From Catajapyx aquilonaris (Eukaryota), in contig KZ538576.1 in NCBI GenBank assembly GCA_000934665.2, forward strand, positions 1-60,886: a stretch of 60,886 bases of DNA. Direction: 5' to 3'. Numbering within the stretch: the stretch's first letter is position 1; each line of letters opens with the position of its first letter. The translations under genes were made by a program, and so were the position numbers. Shown in pieces: positions 24,131 through 38,199 of the stretch. The notes beneath the pieces are model-generated. The model was not told the origin of the DNA and did not search any database. It saw only the letters and a program-made list of their open reading frames with translations.

Positions 24131-25994
24131 GGGATATTAGCTTTTTGGAACCGCCCTATCTTTCGCTGAGGCCTGCACTTTATGTCATCCAGTGGGGTTT
24201 ACTCTAAGGTCTCATTATGACCTCGGGATCTAGTATTCGGGGCAAGAAAACCCGGGCCGCGAATTATAGCTGCATAAAATTGCGCTTTATGACCTATGAT
24301 TGCACTCTGTTGGATTTTTTTTTTACTAAGAAGAAATCTGGGGGGGGGTAAGAAATTTTGGTAAGAAATTAAGAACAAAATAATAATTTTGGTAAAAAAT
24401 TAAGAAAAAATAATAATTTGGATGAAAAATTAAGAAAAAATAATAATTTGGTGGAATTTCTTCAGGATATTATTTAATGTCATTTGTAAATTTGTTTGCA
24501 CAATTTTATAATTGCGAAATTTCGACAACTCATCAACAAATATTTACATATTTTCCTATGTTCTCTGATGTTTTTTGCGACCGATATAAATTGAAAAATA
24601 ATGATAATAATGCGCGTATAAAATATTTTTGTGATGCTACTTGCAATTTTGTAAAAACATCAGCAAAATTTTATAATAAATTTGCGACATTTCGACATCA
24701 CATCAAAAAAATTGTAGGCTACAATTCCCTCCATTCTCTGAATTTTTGCGACCATTTTTTTACAAACTGCAAAGTTATAAATTTTCGACATTTCCAAAAT
24801 ACCGTACTTCCAAAACCATATGTTTGTGTACTACATATCCTTTGATTCCCTGAATTTTTGCGACCATTTTTTACAAATTGCAAATTTATGAATTTTATAA
24901 TAAATTTTTGATATTTCGCAAAATCTTCCAAAACCATATATGTACTACATTTCCTTCTATTCTCTGAATTTGTGCGACCAATATATGAAATATAATGAAA
25001 AAAATAATTTTGACGAAATTTTATCGGGACTTAATAAATTTACGACATTTCGACAACAATTTATTCCAAAACAATATTTGCACATCATCGCTTTATTCTC
25101 CGAAATTTTGCCATCAATTTTACCAGCATTGTTGAAACTACAAAATGAAGTACATACCTCACCAGCACTTACTGACACTACCGCATTAAGTACCCTCCCA
25201 AAAAAAGTGTCACCAAAATCCATGCAAAAGATTTTTTTTGGTTACGACCCACACATTTTGTGTGTAAACATGTTCCGAGTTCGCGTCGCGAATTTTTCAT
25301 CACGACGCGTTTCACGCACGGAAGGAAAGCGGACACCCCGACATTGTCATTTTCACCACAAAAAAATAGTGAGAGAGGACCCTGCAATGTGTCCCCACCC
25401 ATTTTTTTGACAAAAAAAAGTGTCGCTTGGATAAACCTACCGTCGCAGTACGGATGAAATTAAATCAGCGTTTTTCCAACTCCAACTCCTAGGGGGCTAA
25501 AAATCTCGGAAAGATGGGTCCCTCACATTTTTTTGGATTCCCCCCCCTCCCCCCCCCTCCCCCCGCCATTTTTTTTTTTTTGAAAATGAGATGTAGCTAG
25601 AATCCTCCCCTGTGCTCATTAAAAATTGTCATTTTCCGCACGCTTTTTTCCGACATTCCCAAGAGACAACGACATCAACCTGACAGCTGTCACATTTTTT
25701 GCCAAAAAACCGGGGGGTTATCTTTTGCAAAAATTTGTGCAAAAAAATTCGAACCCGTGGTATGTAGGAAAAGTCTATCGCTACACTTCCGATAGTCCCG
25801 GTTGAATTACAGCTCACGTTTTATCAGAACCCATCACACCGATAGAACCTCTGATGGACATCTGACTAGTGTGCGGTTATGTCTGTCAAGGAATGGCAAC
25901 ACTTGGAATGAGACTAATTTTGCTAAAAACTACATAAAATAGTGTACGTTGGACCAATAGTCGGGTCCAACTTGTTTCGCAAAATACACCAACA

Positions 25995-26745
25995 AATGAA
26001 CGAATGGACGGACGAAATATTTAACCAATGAATGAAGGAATGAACGAAGGAACCTTTGATTGAATGAATGAATGAATGACTCAGTAATAGTTGAATGAAT
26101 GAAGGAATGATTTAACCAATGAATGAACACTTGATTGAATGAATGAATCAGTAAATAAAAGTTGAAAGAATGAAGGAATGATTTAACCAAGGAATGAAGA
26201 AATGATTTAACCAATGAATGAACACTTGATTGATTGAATGAATGAATCAGTAAATAAAAGTTGAAAGAATGAAGGAATGATTTAACCAAGGAATGAAGAA
26301 ATGATTTAACCAATGAATGAAGAAATGATTTAACCAATGAAGGAACATTTGATTGAATGAATGAATCAGTAAGTAAAAGTTGAATGAATGAATTAACCAA
26401 TTAATTAATTAATTAATTAATTTTCCGATGAATGAATGAATGAATTGTCTAATGATTCAAAGAATCCGTGGATGAATGGATGGATGAATTATCCAATCAA
26501 TGAATGAATGGATGGATGAATTATCCAATCAATGAATGAATGAATGGATAAATTATCCAATCAATGAATGAATGAATGGATGAATTATCCAATGAATGAA
26601 TGAATGAATTATCCAATGAATCAAAGAATCCGTGGATGAATGAATTAGTGAATTATCCAGTGAATCAAAGAATCCATGGATGAATGAATTGATGAATTAT
26701 TAAATGAATGAACCAATAAATTATTAAATGAATGCATGAATTTAA
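25995..26745. repeat. (GAAT)n-derived repeat
   Basis: Read directly; explains spurious ORF 25930..26400. Confidence 0.92.
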
Positions 26746-28796
26746 CTAATGACTCTAGGATGTCCTCCCGTTTGTTTGTCTGGGATGAGTCATCACACAG
26801 GTATTACCCCTACTCCCCACGACCCTGAGCGTGTCAGGAGTGTCCAGAGAGCCATCTGTACGACTTATAATACTACATGGACAGTCCCAAAAATGAAACC
26901 GATTGTTGCACCACCCATGAGTTATTCACCCCCCTCTGGCCCACCCAACCTAACCACCCACCCCCGAAAATCCTCCGGTGCAAAACCCCGGTAGCAAACT
27001 GCTTTATTGATTCGCAAGCCCAGGACCTGTCTGCACAACAGAATTACATCGGAAACAGTGGGGCATCCACCCTGTAATCTAGTCGGGCATAACTACAACC
27101 AAGCACTAGCTTCTTGAGATATAGTCTAGCCTAAAGCCATAGTCTCTCACCCATCGGCTATGATTATGAAAATTGTTCAGGATGAAGTTGGAGGACCGTA
27201 TAATCCATTCTGATAAGAAGAGTCATATTTCAAAGTTCGTTTTTTTTGTTGGAGAGATAGTGTATCTGGAGGTTACTTTAAATTACTTAGACATGCCTGG
27301 AGTCATTGCTATTTTATAGGCGGTTCGTTGTAGTAACAATAAACTGACGGTATAAAAATTTGTGCTTAACCTCCTGAGACCCCTGGTACAGTATACTGTA
27401 CTTTTGTTTTTAATTTTTATTATATGCTTGTTTTAATGTGGTCATCTTCAACCGGACTGTACTTGTCACCATTCATTTACATATGTGCATCCAGCTATCA
27501 AATTTTGCACTCAGCCCTTTTTTGGGTGTGAATTCCTCGACCTTTTTAGAGCAATATTTGGGAAATGCGACGTGACTTTTCCCCCCCTCACTCCCTCTAT
27601 GGCATTACGCGGAATTAAACAACGCTGCGGCCATTACGGAACATTCACCCCTCCAGCACAGACTTTGCATTTCAAATAGCACTTCCCGCAAGTCAGCATA
27701 CCACCATGGGCTCTCTCTGTGTGTATCAAACCAATAGGGGGAAAGAAGATGTGCAAACGACAGCTGAAAATTAGCTAGGACCACTAAACTACCGAAACTG
27801 CGGAAGGTACTCAAAACCAACAATGAAAGAAGTTTAGGACAAAATGTAATCAACAATCAGCCCTCTAGCAGGGTGAGAATTAGGTTTTAGATATTTTTTG
27901 TCGATAAATGTCTGTCTGTGGACCGGTATTCACTCATTTATTCATTCAAAACTGCATGCCATTTTGTTGCCAATATTAAACTGGAACAGGACTAAAAATG
28001 GCCGATTTTTGTATTTTAAAAACCTATTCTTGAGGGCCTTTACTACCTTTACCCACCTTTACACACCTTTACCACCTTTACACACCTTTACCACCTTTAC
28101 CACCTTTACCCACCTTTACCACACCTTTACCACCTTTATTTTTTTGTGTATTCTCCCGATATATAAGTCCGAGTTCAATTTGGAACTGGAATCTCCTTCT
28201 GGGAATGAAGGCTCTTCCATTCGTGATAACTTTTTCCGCAGCCGCCATTTCGAGTCCAATTTACTCCGCTTGATTTTTGGAACCCGCCACCGCACCGCCG
28301 CAAAAAAATTTCTTGCTTTCGAGGTTTTTGACACATTGGTTAGTTTCTGGGTTGTAATTACTCCCTCGGAACATTTCCTCTACTGAAAGTAGGATATGTT
28401 CCTGAGGGAGAAAAGTCTTCTCTTTGGAGAGGAGCTCTACCAAATCCGATTGCTTGGATCAGTTCTGGTGAAATAATTACGTATTGGTTCCCAAAAAAAC
28501 GCGGAAGAGGGCATTGGACTCTATAGCAAAAACCTCCACTAGCAAACCTCTGTTTGTGCTGAAAATGCCTGCCGGACATTGGCAAATATTGACGTAATTC
28601 ATGATCCGGTACAAAAGGCTCCGGATGCTAATTAACACCAGATCAATTTAGGACAGAGGAAGGGCGTAAGTGCGTCATATTCATCGCAATTTTGTGATCA
28701 TGAAATTATCAACATAATCGGAGATTAGGCCTTAATGTATGTTACAATAGAATGTACAACAAATTATAAAATAAAATAAAAAATATCACAAACTTT

Positions 28797-29017
28797 TCTA
28801 TATAAATAAAGCCGTTTGTGATCTCTCTGTCTGTCCGCCTGGAACGCCAACCGTCATTTGCCTGCCATCTGTGGTCTGCCTCCTACACCTCCAACCTTTC
28901 CCGTCCTTCCGACCTTCCTTTAACTAAGATTCTTAATTACATGTAATTTTTTTGCCTGTCCTTTTCAGCTTACTTTTTATTCATTTCTTCCCGAGCAACG
29001 CCGGGTATGGCAGCTAG
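28797..29017 (+). mobile_element. Non-autonomous Helitron (221 bp)
   Basis: 5' TCTATATAAATAAA...CTGTCTGTCC; 3' hairpin CCCGAGCAACGCCGGG then CTAG|T; no TSD. A second Helitron-like head follows immediately. Confidence 0.8.
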
Positions 29018-29959
29018 TTTATATACCTGTATAAAACAAAAAATTGTCTGTATGTTCGGGCTACCTAACCCACTTTCAGACTATACTGATAATGCTGAAA
29101 CTTGGCCCCCTGACGTCTTGTGTGCTGCTGATTTAGGGGCAAGTTCGTAAGCTGTACTATTTTTGTTTGTTTGTTTGTTTGTTTGTTTTTTGCGAAGTTT
29201 GATATTCTCTCCCTCCTTTACCAAAATATTGGCTCGAGTTTTCTCCCCACTGCTAAGTACTTCTACCTTATCAGTTACTAGCAAATTCCACCCAGGGTCA
29301 TTACCAACACAGCAATACCATTTGACTTATCTGCCCTCAGACTTACTGGCCTGGATTTTAGGCCCGGTATTAAATATGTGATGAGGCCGGACCTGGAGGG
29401 AATAAATACGTGAGGTTACTAGAGTGTGTGAGTATCGACACTCCATCTTCATTTCCTGGGAAAAGATTTAGTCATTCCCTTTTCCCACATTCTCCCTATT
29501 AGACTCGGTAGGAATGGGGAAGTGGCTGTACGTGTATGGCTCTATGAAGTTTCCTGTTTCATAATTTATGATATGAGTATTGAGTACCTAAGGCCAACAG
29601 TGCTTGTTCTGCCAGTTTTACCTCCGCTTGGAGGCGCTTTTCTGTTGAGAATAACACTTTGTTTAAACTGTAGATATTTTTTTGCTCTTAGAAATGTATC
29701 TATTTTCTAGGAATAGTCTACAGTGGTGTTGATTTCATTATTCAGTAAGTGCTTGGGGCGTTTGTGTTATTAACTTAGTGTTTCAGTTGCAGGAGCATAA
29801 TGTAATGTTCACACGAGGTAATGTAGTATTCTCTTTCGTGCCGCCTTGTCATGTATACTTGGTAATGACATTTGGTTTCCAGATTTAAAACGCACTGTCG
29901 AGAGTACTTGTGACCACAATAAAGGTGGACCATGTTTAAAAGCATGTGTTAGGCCACAC

Positions 29960-30325
29960 TGCTTTTCTCTCTCGAAAAATTCACTTCTTAGTTATTTGAT
30001 TATTTTAATTTTACTAACATTAATTAAACTAAATTAAAAAATAGTGTGGTTGCAGAAATATTGGATTAACAATTTTAAAGATTCCTAATGGAATTGGAAT
30101 GTTTTAAATGCCTCCTATCGCACTAAGTGTTAGCCTTTAGTTAGTGCTGTGGGGGGAAAGGTCTCTTGCATTTAAAAAAGCATTTAAACCATCTAAATTT
30201 CCATGCTAATTTTTTAAGCCAATGAAACATTTCTGCAACCACTTTATTTTTTATTTAGTTTAATCCATGTTAAGTAATAAAATTGTAATTTAACTAAGAA
30301 GTTGAATTTTCGGCAAGGAAGCGTC
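29960..30325. mobile_element. Degenerate foldback/MITE
   Basis: Nested imperfect inverted matches: AAAATTCACTTCTTAGTTA / TAACTAAGAAGTTGAATTTT and GTGGTTGCAGAAAT / ATTTCTGCAACCAC. Confidence 0.55.
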
Positions 30326-31194
30326 CTTCTGAAAAAAAATTATTTTCTATGCAGTTTTGTGATTCGCCCTAGGTGTTTATTCGCCCTTTGCATCTTCTCC
30401 TATTTTATTACTTCACTTCAATTTTCTTTTGCTTCCATACTCTCAATTTCCAGGTCGTCAGAGCCTTTGTCTACTTTTCCATACCAATGCCTTCTTTGCC
30501 TTTGACTATTGCAGTCTTCCCATCGCATTTTCATTTCCTAATGTTTCCATCCTCTCCATTAAGTTCATCTAATATTTTTCCATTATCTTCATGAACTTTT
30601 GACTGTAACTCATTGTCTCTTAGCATCTTTCTGAATCCTAACGATTAACCCCTTTTCTAACCCCCTTTTCTTTTCTTTCTACTGTGTGTTAAGAGCTGAG
30701 AAATGACCAGACACTAACCTCGGTTACTCCCAAGGCATACTCTTTCCGCTCAATAAACCTCCGTCGTTCATACCTCTTCCAGTTCCTCCTTCACGCTGTC
30801 TTGCGTCCAACCGTTTCCATCTGCAGGAAACCTTAACCTATAAAAGCCAGGTGGTTGCCAGTAAAGTAAGGGAAAAGTACAGACAGAAGAAGAAGGTTAG
30901 GAAAAGAAAAAAAAGAGAAAAGGACGAGAAAGGTTAAAATGTATGACACGTGAGTGTTAATCTAGTTTCTGAATGGCTAAAATGTGTGTAAGGTAGAGAT
31001 TTTCTTATCAAATCTTGGTAACAAACGACGAATGAAACGACTGACAATCAACGAAGAAAAAAACATGTTGAAAACAAACGACGGACAGAGCGACAAACAA
31101 ACTACTCTAAACAAACGATTGACAATTAACGAAGACAGAAGCGACATGTTGAAACAAACGACGAACCAAGCAACAAACTACTAAAGCAAAGGAA

Positions 31195-31611
31195 CAGTGC
31201 TGGACAAATTAGCCGTCGCTGAATGTTTTTTTCCGGCGGCGGCGGCGGCGGCGGCGTTACCTCGCAACCCTGTCCGGCGGGCCAATTCAAACATCAGCCC
31301 ATGGAGAGCGCTTCCATTGCTGCCACTGTTTACAAATCGAGTGAGTGACCGCGGACGACCCAGCGACGGGTCTCTTCTGCCTGCTTACACAGTATCTGCA
31401 GGGATATGCAGGAGAAAACGGGGGAAATAATGATGTTAGAAGCAATCAGTCATTTTGGGGTCACTCACTCGATTTGTAAACAGTGGCAACAATGGAAGCG
31501 CTCTCCATGGGCTGATGTTTGAATTGGCCCGCCGGACAGGGCTGCCAGGTAACGCCGCGGCCGTCGCCGCCGAAAAAAAACATTCAGCGACGGCTAATTT
31601 GTCCAGCACTG
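31195..31611. mobile_element. Young long-TIR MITE (417 bp, ~155-bp arms), superfamily unclear
   Basis: CAGTGCTGGACAAATTAGCCGTCGCTGAATG... and its near-perfect reverse complement; flanked only by AA/AA. Confidence 0.9.
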
Positions 31612-31808
31612 AACAAACAAATTACTGACAATCAACAAATAGGCAACATAGGTCTGAAAACAAACGACAGTCCAAGCGACAAACGACTAAACGAACGATT
31701 GACAATCAACGAAAAAGAAGCTACAAAATGTTGATAATAAAGGACGAACGAAGCCACTAACGACTAAAAACAAACGATTGACAAGCAATCAACGAAGAAA
31801 GAGGCGAC

Positions 31809-32051
31809 CAGGGTCACCTACAGGAGTGCCTCCCCCACCTAGACAGGGTATTGTCTCTCCGCCATATTGGAGCTAAATCAGATAGGAGCTACATGCAGTG
31901 AAAAAAAACAATTGAAAAAAACAAAAACGAATCGCTTGCCAATTCCCTATCCTGCAGCATGGGGTGGCCATATTGGAGCTAGATTGCATAAGGACTACGT
32001 GAAGGCAATACCCTGGTTAGGGTGGGGGAGGCAACCATGTAGGGGACCCTG
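31809..32051. mobile_element. hAT- or P-like MITE (243 bp)
   Basis: About 45-bp imperfect TIRs starting CAGGGTC; perfect 8-bp TSD GAGGCGAC (31801-31808 and 32052-32059). Confidence 0.9.
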
Positions 32052-32498
32052 GAGGCGACAAAAGGCTGAAAACAAACGACGCACCAAGCTACAAACGACT
32101 CTAAACTCATCCAAATCTTATTAGCATATCTCATATGATTAGAATTTAAAAATTAAGAAATATATCGCATAAAAAATGAAAATGCCTTTTCTATACCAAA
32201 TTTTGAAAATTGCTAGGAAAAGTGCTAGGAAAAGTGCTAGGAAAAGTGCTAGGAAAATTTTCCAAGAAAAATTACAAAAAGTAATCCTCTTTGTACGTTA
32301 ATTCGTTTAAATCGTTACTAAATATTCACAAGTACAATTTTCAAAGGAAACTTAATCCTTTTTCAATACCAAGAATTCGTAGGGTATCATTCTGTCCTAG
32401 AGCGTAAGATACTTAAAGGGATTAGGAAATGACCTTAATCTTTTCTCATCAATAATGAACAATATTAATCTATTCTTCACACTAATCTTTGTAATATA

Positions 32499-33060
32499 CA
32501 GGGTGTTTATTGTAACTCTGCAAAGACTTTCAGGGGTCATAGAGGGGACCATGACAAGTATTTTTGACATAGGAACCCGTGTCCGGAAACGCCATCTAGA
32601 GGGAGTTCATAGACAAGGAACGGGTGCGCTCAGACGAGCCAGGCGAGAGGCGCTAGGGGAGCGGACTGTTTTGTTGATAGATGGCGCTCGGATAGTAACC
32701 AACGATGCGATATGCCATAACCTGGCAACAGCAGAGCCATCTAGCAACTAAAGTACGCCTCCCAGGAGACGCGCGGATAGTCAACAGCGGTTCTGTTGTT
32801 GCCAGGTTATGGCGTATCGCGTTGTTGTTTACTTACAACGACGCGATACGCCATAACCTGGCAACAACTGTGTGCCACCTATCAACAAAACAGTCCGCTC
32901 GCCTAGCGCCTCTCGCGTGACGCGTCTGAGCGCACCAATTCCTTGTCTATGAACCCCCTCTAGATGGCGTTTCCGGTCACGGGTTCCTATGTGAAAAATA
33001 CTTGTCTTGGTCCCCTCTATTACCTCTGAATGTCTTTGCAGAGTTACAATAAACACCCTG
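32499..33060. mobile_element. Tc1/mariner-type long-TIR MITE (562 bp)
   Basis: TA|CAGGGTGTTTATTGTAACTCTGCAAAGAC...GTCTTTGCAGAGTTACAATAAACACCCTG|TA; ~190-bp arms; three internal GCCATAACCTGGCAAC repeats in alternating orientation. Confidence 0.92.
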
Positions 33061-33492
33061 TATATTTATGGGTCGAGTACAGTTAAAAAAAAAGGTAAGA
33101 TTACAAACGAAAGGACTATTTAATCCTAGAGGAAATCTGTACTGTATGTGAGTTTTAAGCCTGGGCAGGTGTGTCAAACTGGTTTCTCCTTTTCCAACTT
33201 CATCGATTAGGTGGCGCTGAGGGATATAGGGTTACTAGTCTGGGCTCCGAAAATTTGGGGAAAGCGAAAAGTAGGATTCAGGTTTTAGGAGGGCAGGGAG
33301 AGGGGGGGGGGGGTACTCGAAAAGTGAGGCTCAGGTTTTAAGTCATGTTTCGCCCGCAGACATCGGCGTTGGCACGCTTTCAAAACCGGTTGGGACTGTT
33401 AATCGGGGGTTTAGGAAAGTCTCACGTGACGGTACTGGGTGAGTCGAAAGTTTTGCAAAACCTGTACTGAATGTGGAAATAGCATAAACAAA

Positions 33493-33845
33493 CTTAACCT
33501 AACGTAACCTAAACTGACATGATCTGGATTAACCTCACCTAATGTCGCCTAACCTCACCTAACCTCACCTATTCCCACGTAACATGACCTAATATAACCT
33601 GGACTAACCTCACTTAACCTAACCTAATCTGGACTAACCTTAGGTTAGGCGAGGTCAGTAAATAATAATATATTGTATTATTTACTTACCTTACCTAACT
33701 TTCCCGAACTTCGCCTAACCTTACTTGGCCTAAGAATAATCCAAATCAGGTTAGGTAAGTGACAATTTAATATTATTATTTACTAACCTTACCTAACCTC
33801 GCCTAACTTCGCCTAACCTCACTGTCCTAACATCATCTAACCTAC
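33493..33845. repeat. Degenerate (CCTAA/TTAGG)n tract with local inversions
   Basis: AACCT units with short GGTTAGG segments at ~33642 and ~33749. Confidence 0.75.
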
Positions 33846-33914
33846 ACTGTTTCAAATTTAAAACGCACTCTAGAGAGTACTAGTGACCACAATAAAGGTA
33901 ATAGACCACATAAC

Positions 33915-36900
33915 TTTCCCATAAGGTGAGCCACATCATTGTCCCATAAGATTGGTCATGACTTGCTATGACCTCATCTTACCTAACCGGGACTATCTTC
34001 ACCTTAGCTAATGATGTCCTTTACTTTTCACATCACTTATAGGTGTGACTAAGCTTCAAATGTCACTTGTTGCAATTGTACACCCCTAGGTCAAAGGGAA
34101 TGAACTATGACACTATTTCAGCATACAAAGACAACAATAACAACACCATATGCAACCTTACCCAACATCATTCACACTATTGGTTTTCCCTCTTGAATAT
34201 TTCACCATCCATTGGTGTTACGAACCTCTCCCTTTCAACCGAGGTCAACTCCAGGTCATTTACACCCAGAATTAAATGTGCAAAAAAATTCTGCACACTA
34301 GTCAGTCACACACTCCACCCTCCGGCTACTATTGCAAAAAGCACTATCTTCCTTTATGTAACACTATCTCTCAAAGAGGGGCGGTGTCACGCAAAACCCC
34401 CCAACCACTTACAAGTAGATTCGCAAATGTCCAAGCAATCCAATTCTCGCTCACTGCGAGAAGGGTGTGCAAAAAAAAATCGCACGCTTGACACATCGCA
34501 CTCGGCGGGACTAAAAATGAAATTAAGTCGCTCATTCCTAATCTATGGGAATGGGCAGACTTTAGGGACCATTCTTGCCACATTCTTTATCTGTGACTAC
34601 GCCTATACGAAAAAGTACATAAATAATTCTGCGAGTTTTGAAGCCGAGCGAGGTCTAATCAATGCCGCGGATACGAAAAACCCTCTCACGCTTTTGGTCC
34701 CATCGACGATGATCAGACTGCAAATGGGTCAGGGAAAGTAGGTCACATTTCCCATAAGATGGGCCGCATCATTATGACATAAGATTGGTCATGACTTGCT
34801 CATAAGATTGATTATGTTATTTTCCCATAAGAATGGTAAGATGATTTTCCCATTAGTTTCGTCATCTGACTCCCATAAGATGGGTCACATCACTTTCTCA
34901 CAAGGTGGGCCACATCATTACCCCTATAAGAATGGTAAGATGATTTTCCCATTAGTTTAGTCATCTGACTCCCATAAGATGGGTCCGATCACTTTCTCAG
35001 AAGGTGGGCCACATCATTACCCCCATAAGATGGGTCATATGTCTTGCATATAAGATTGGCTATATTATTTTCCCACTAGATTGGTCGCCTGATTTTCCCA
35101 TTAGATTGGTCGCCTGATTTTCCCATATGGTGAGTCATCTGACTCTCGTAAGTTGGGTCAAATCACTTTCTCATAAGGTGGGTCACATCATTATGCCCAT
35201 AAGAGTGATCATGTGTATTGCACATAAGATTGGTTACTATATTATTAATTATTTTCCCACTAGCTTGGTCGCCTGATTTTTCCCCATAAGATTGATTCTA
35301 TGACTTTTCCATAAGACGGACACCACTTTCCCATAAGATGGGTCAGATCCTTTTCCCATAAAGTGGGCCGCATCATTATCCCATAAGAGTGGCGATATGA
35401 CGTGATTCGTGATTGGTTACACTACTGTATTATTTCTTACATAAGATTCGTCACATGAATTTTCCATAAAATTGGTCAAATGAGTTTTCCATAAGTTTAG
35501 TCAACTGACTCCCATAAGATGGGCCATGTTACCTTCCAATAATCTAGGTTACATCATTTCCCCATAAGATTGATCCTATGACTTTTCCATAAGACGGACA
35601 ACACTTTCCCATAAGATGGGTCAAACCCCTTTCCCATAAAGTGGGCCGCGTCATCCCATAAGATTGGCGATATGACGTGACCACAACATTGGTCAGCTGA
35701 GTTTTCCTAAGCTTAGTCAACTGACTCCCGTAAGATTGGTCATGTTAACTTCCCATAGGCTATACCACATCATTTACTCATAAAACTGCGCATATGACTT
35801 GACCATAAGATGGACACCACTCTCTCATAGGATGGGTCATGACTTTCTCAAAATTTGGGGCACAAGTTGAGCCACGTGACTTAAAAATTGCGAACAATCG
35901 ACTTCCCCCATACGATAAATGACCATAAGTTCCAATTTAAAAAAAAAAATCTATTTGCACTTTTAAATCGCTCCAAAATCGCGCAGTGTTAAACGCGCTT
36001 GGAAAAGGCAAACGTGCAGTGATACTTTTGCAACAAAAACAGAGGCGAGTAAACAAGGTTTAATTAGCTTCCAAACGTTGGTGCCCACATACATTAACAG
36101 TAACAACATGGGCGTCAAAATGCTCTAGTAAATTCGTGTATGATACAGTTTAGAGGGACGGTTTTGTCAGTTTAGTGGACCACAGAATGCTCTGAATGTT
36201 TATATAATATGCATATAATACTTTAATATTAAAAGTTAATACGAAAATAAGAATGGCCATAAGACTTTCCCATAAGATTGGTCATATGACGTTATCCCGG
36301 TTCTCCCTGCTGCTAATTAGTCCCATCAGGTCCGCCTCATGTTTGCCATTTTCCCTTCTCTATATCGGGCGATGACCCCGCGTACTTATTCCAATCCTAT
36401 CTACCCCAACTTGACCCCTGGAGTGAGGGACATCATAAATATTCAATGGTGGACGTGTGGTTCACATAAGATTGTTTATATGACTTCTCCGTAAGTTTGG
36501 TCACATGACTCCTATAAGATTGGTCGCGACTTTCCCATAAGTGTGTTCTTACGACTTTCCCATAAGTTTTATCATGAGTTTCCCGTAAGATTGTTAATAC
36601 AACTTTCCCATAAGATGGGTCTTATGATTCCCATAAGATGGGTTGTATGACTACTATAAGATTGGTACGGTAATGACTTTCCCATAAGTGTGGTCATACG
36701 ACTTTCCCATACGTTTTTATCATGAGTTTCCTGTAAGATTGTTAATAGAACTTTCCCATAAGATGGGTTGTATGACTTTCCCACAAGTTTGTTCATACCA
36801 TTTTCCCGTAAGATTGATCGTATGACTTGCCCCATAAGATTGGTCATACGACTTTCCCATAAGATTGTCAATATGCCTCTCCCATAAGTTCGCTCATATC

Positions 36901-37010
36901 AGATATTGTCTCCCATGAGATTGTTAATACAACTTTCATTAAATGGGTTGTATGACTTTCCCATAAGTTTATACATACGACTTTCCCGTAAAAGGGGTCG
37001 TATGACATTC
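33915..37010. repeat. Interrupted CCCATAAG minisatellite (~22-25-bp unit), in blocks ~33915-33990, 34740-35830 and 36255-37010
   Basis: Dozens of TTTCCCATAAGATTGGTCA-like units. Confidence 0.9.
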
Positions 37011-38199
37011 CTATACGCTGGACTACATGTTTTTGCTTCGCATTTGTAGACAAATAAGCAAATGACCCACACCACTATATGATATTAAACAAACCTCGCA
37101 TGTGCATAAGTCCGGCCATTTTGAATCCAGGGGTTGACCGCCATATTTATTATTTTGACCTGAAATTAAGGATATTCATGTCAGTCCAAATTCCAATAGG
37201 AATTCCTTACAGCCACGCTCTGAATCCCAAGACAACGGCACTGCAAGGTTGCCAAATCCTGTGCCTAGATAGTACTAATTAGTCCGCAAATTCCTTACAT
37301 AATGGTGCCAACACGCAAGTCTATTCGGACCGAAAAAATAGGCAATGTCAACACCCAATTACGGTTAACAGATTCAACTCACGCACGTTCGAAAGGTACA
37401 AATTGATCCAGTATATGGCAACACTGCAGTGTTGCCATGTTGTGTACGATAAACGAAAGCGAGGTAACTTTGGAATTGCCTTTTCATCTGAAGCGTTTCA
37501 GGGATCAAAGGCTTGCAATAATGAGATGACAGGTCCGACAATAATCGTGACCACAAGCTTGTAGGGAATGACCTTTGTGCGGTCACAGAATATTGGATCA
37601 AATAAAGGAGGATTCTATAGCTGCTTGTGGATTCAAAATGGCGGATTGGTGTGAATCCGTGTAAAGACTGTATACAAATGGGGATTAAAAATTCAAGAAT
37701 TTTCGTCCCATAAGATCAAAGTCCATTTTCCGATTCCAGGTCTCTCCAAAAACACTGATCCTTATGAAAATATTCCTCTCTACGCTTCCAATATTGCACA
37801 CACACACACACACACTCACATACATGCCACCGGATATTTTTCCACATGTTCATGCAAGAGCCTATCCACGCAAAGTACGTCCTATCCAATCGATCTCGCA
37901 AGCAAGGAATGCTTTTGAAGTACAGAGAATGCCCGAATGGTACAGTATGCAGTGTTTGTAATGACCACTGACATGAAACTCTATTTGGAATTTCAAACTC
38001 TTCCATTTTTCCAGTAGGTCTGCTACAGGCGGAAAACTCCAGCCTAGAAAATAGAGAGAAAAAAAATGGAGAGGGAAATTCTAGCAATATAGACTAGAAC
38101 CTTCGTAAAAAAATATTTTGAGGTGAAATACCGTTAAAACGACCTAAAAATGGCTTAATTGTAGTATTAGCCCGACGAGAAAACCAGAAACTACCGTTA

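Larger units (their letters stand above)
31017..32105. repeat. AAACGAC-rich degenerate repeat hosting two MITEs
   Basis: Recurrent ACAAACGAC units; the same family occurs at 38200-39790. Confidence 0.75.

Noticed and set aside
30330..30640. Purine-rich minus-strand segment resembling a decayed LINE ORF1
   Set aside because: There are stops in the frames I tried and no diagnostic motif. It cannot be supported without a translated search.
34067..34741. Longest ORF (224 aa)
   Set aside because: It has a non-ATG start and no recognisable domain, and it lies between satellite blocks over transposon-like non-coding sequence.
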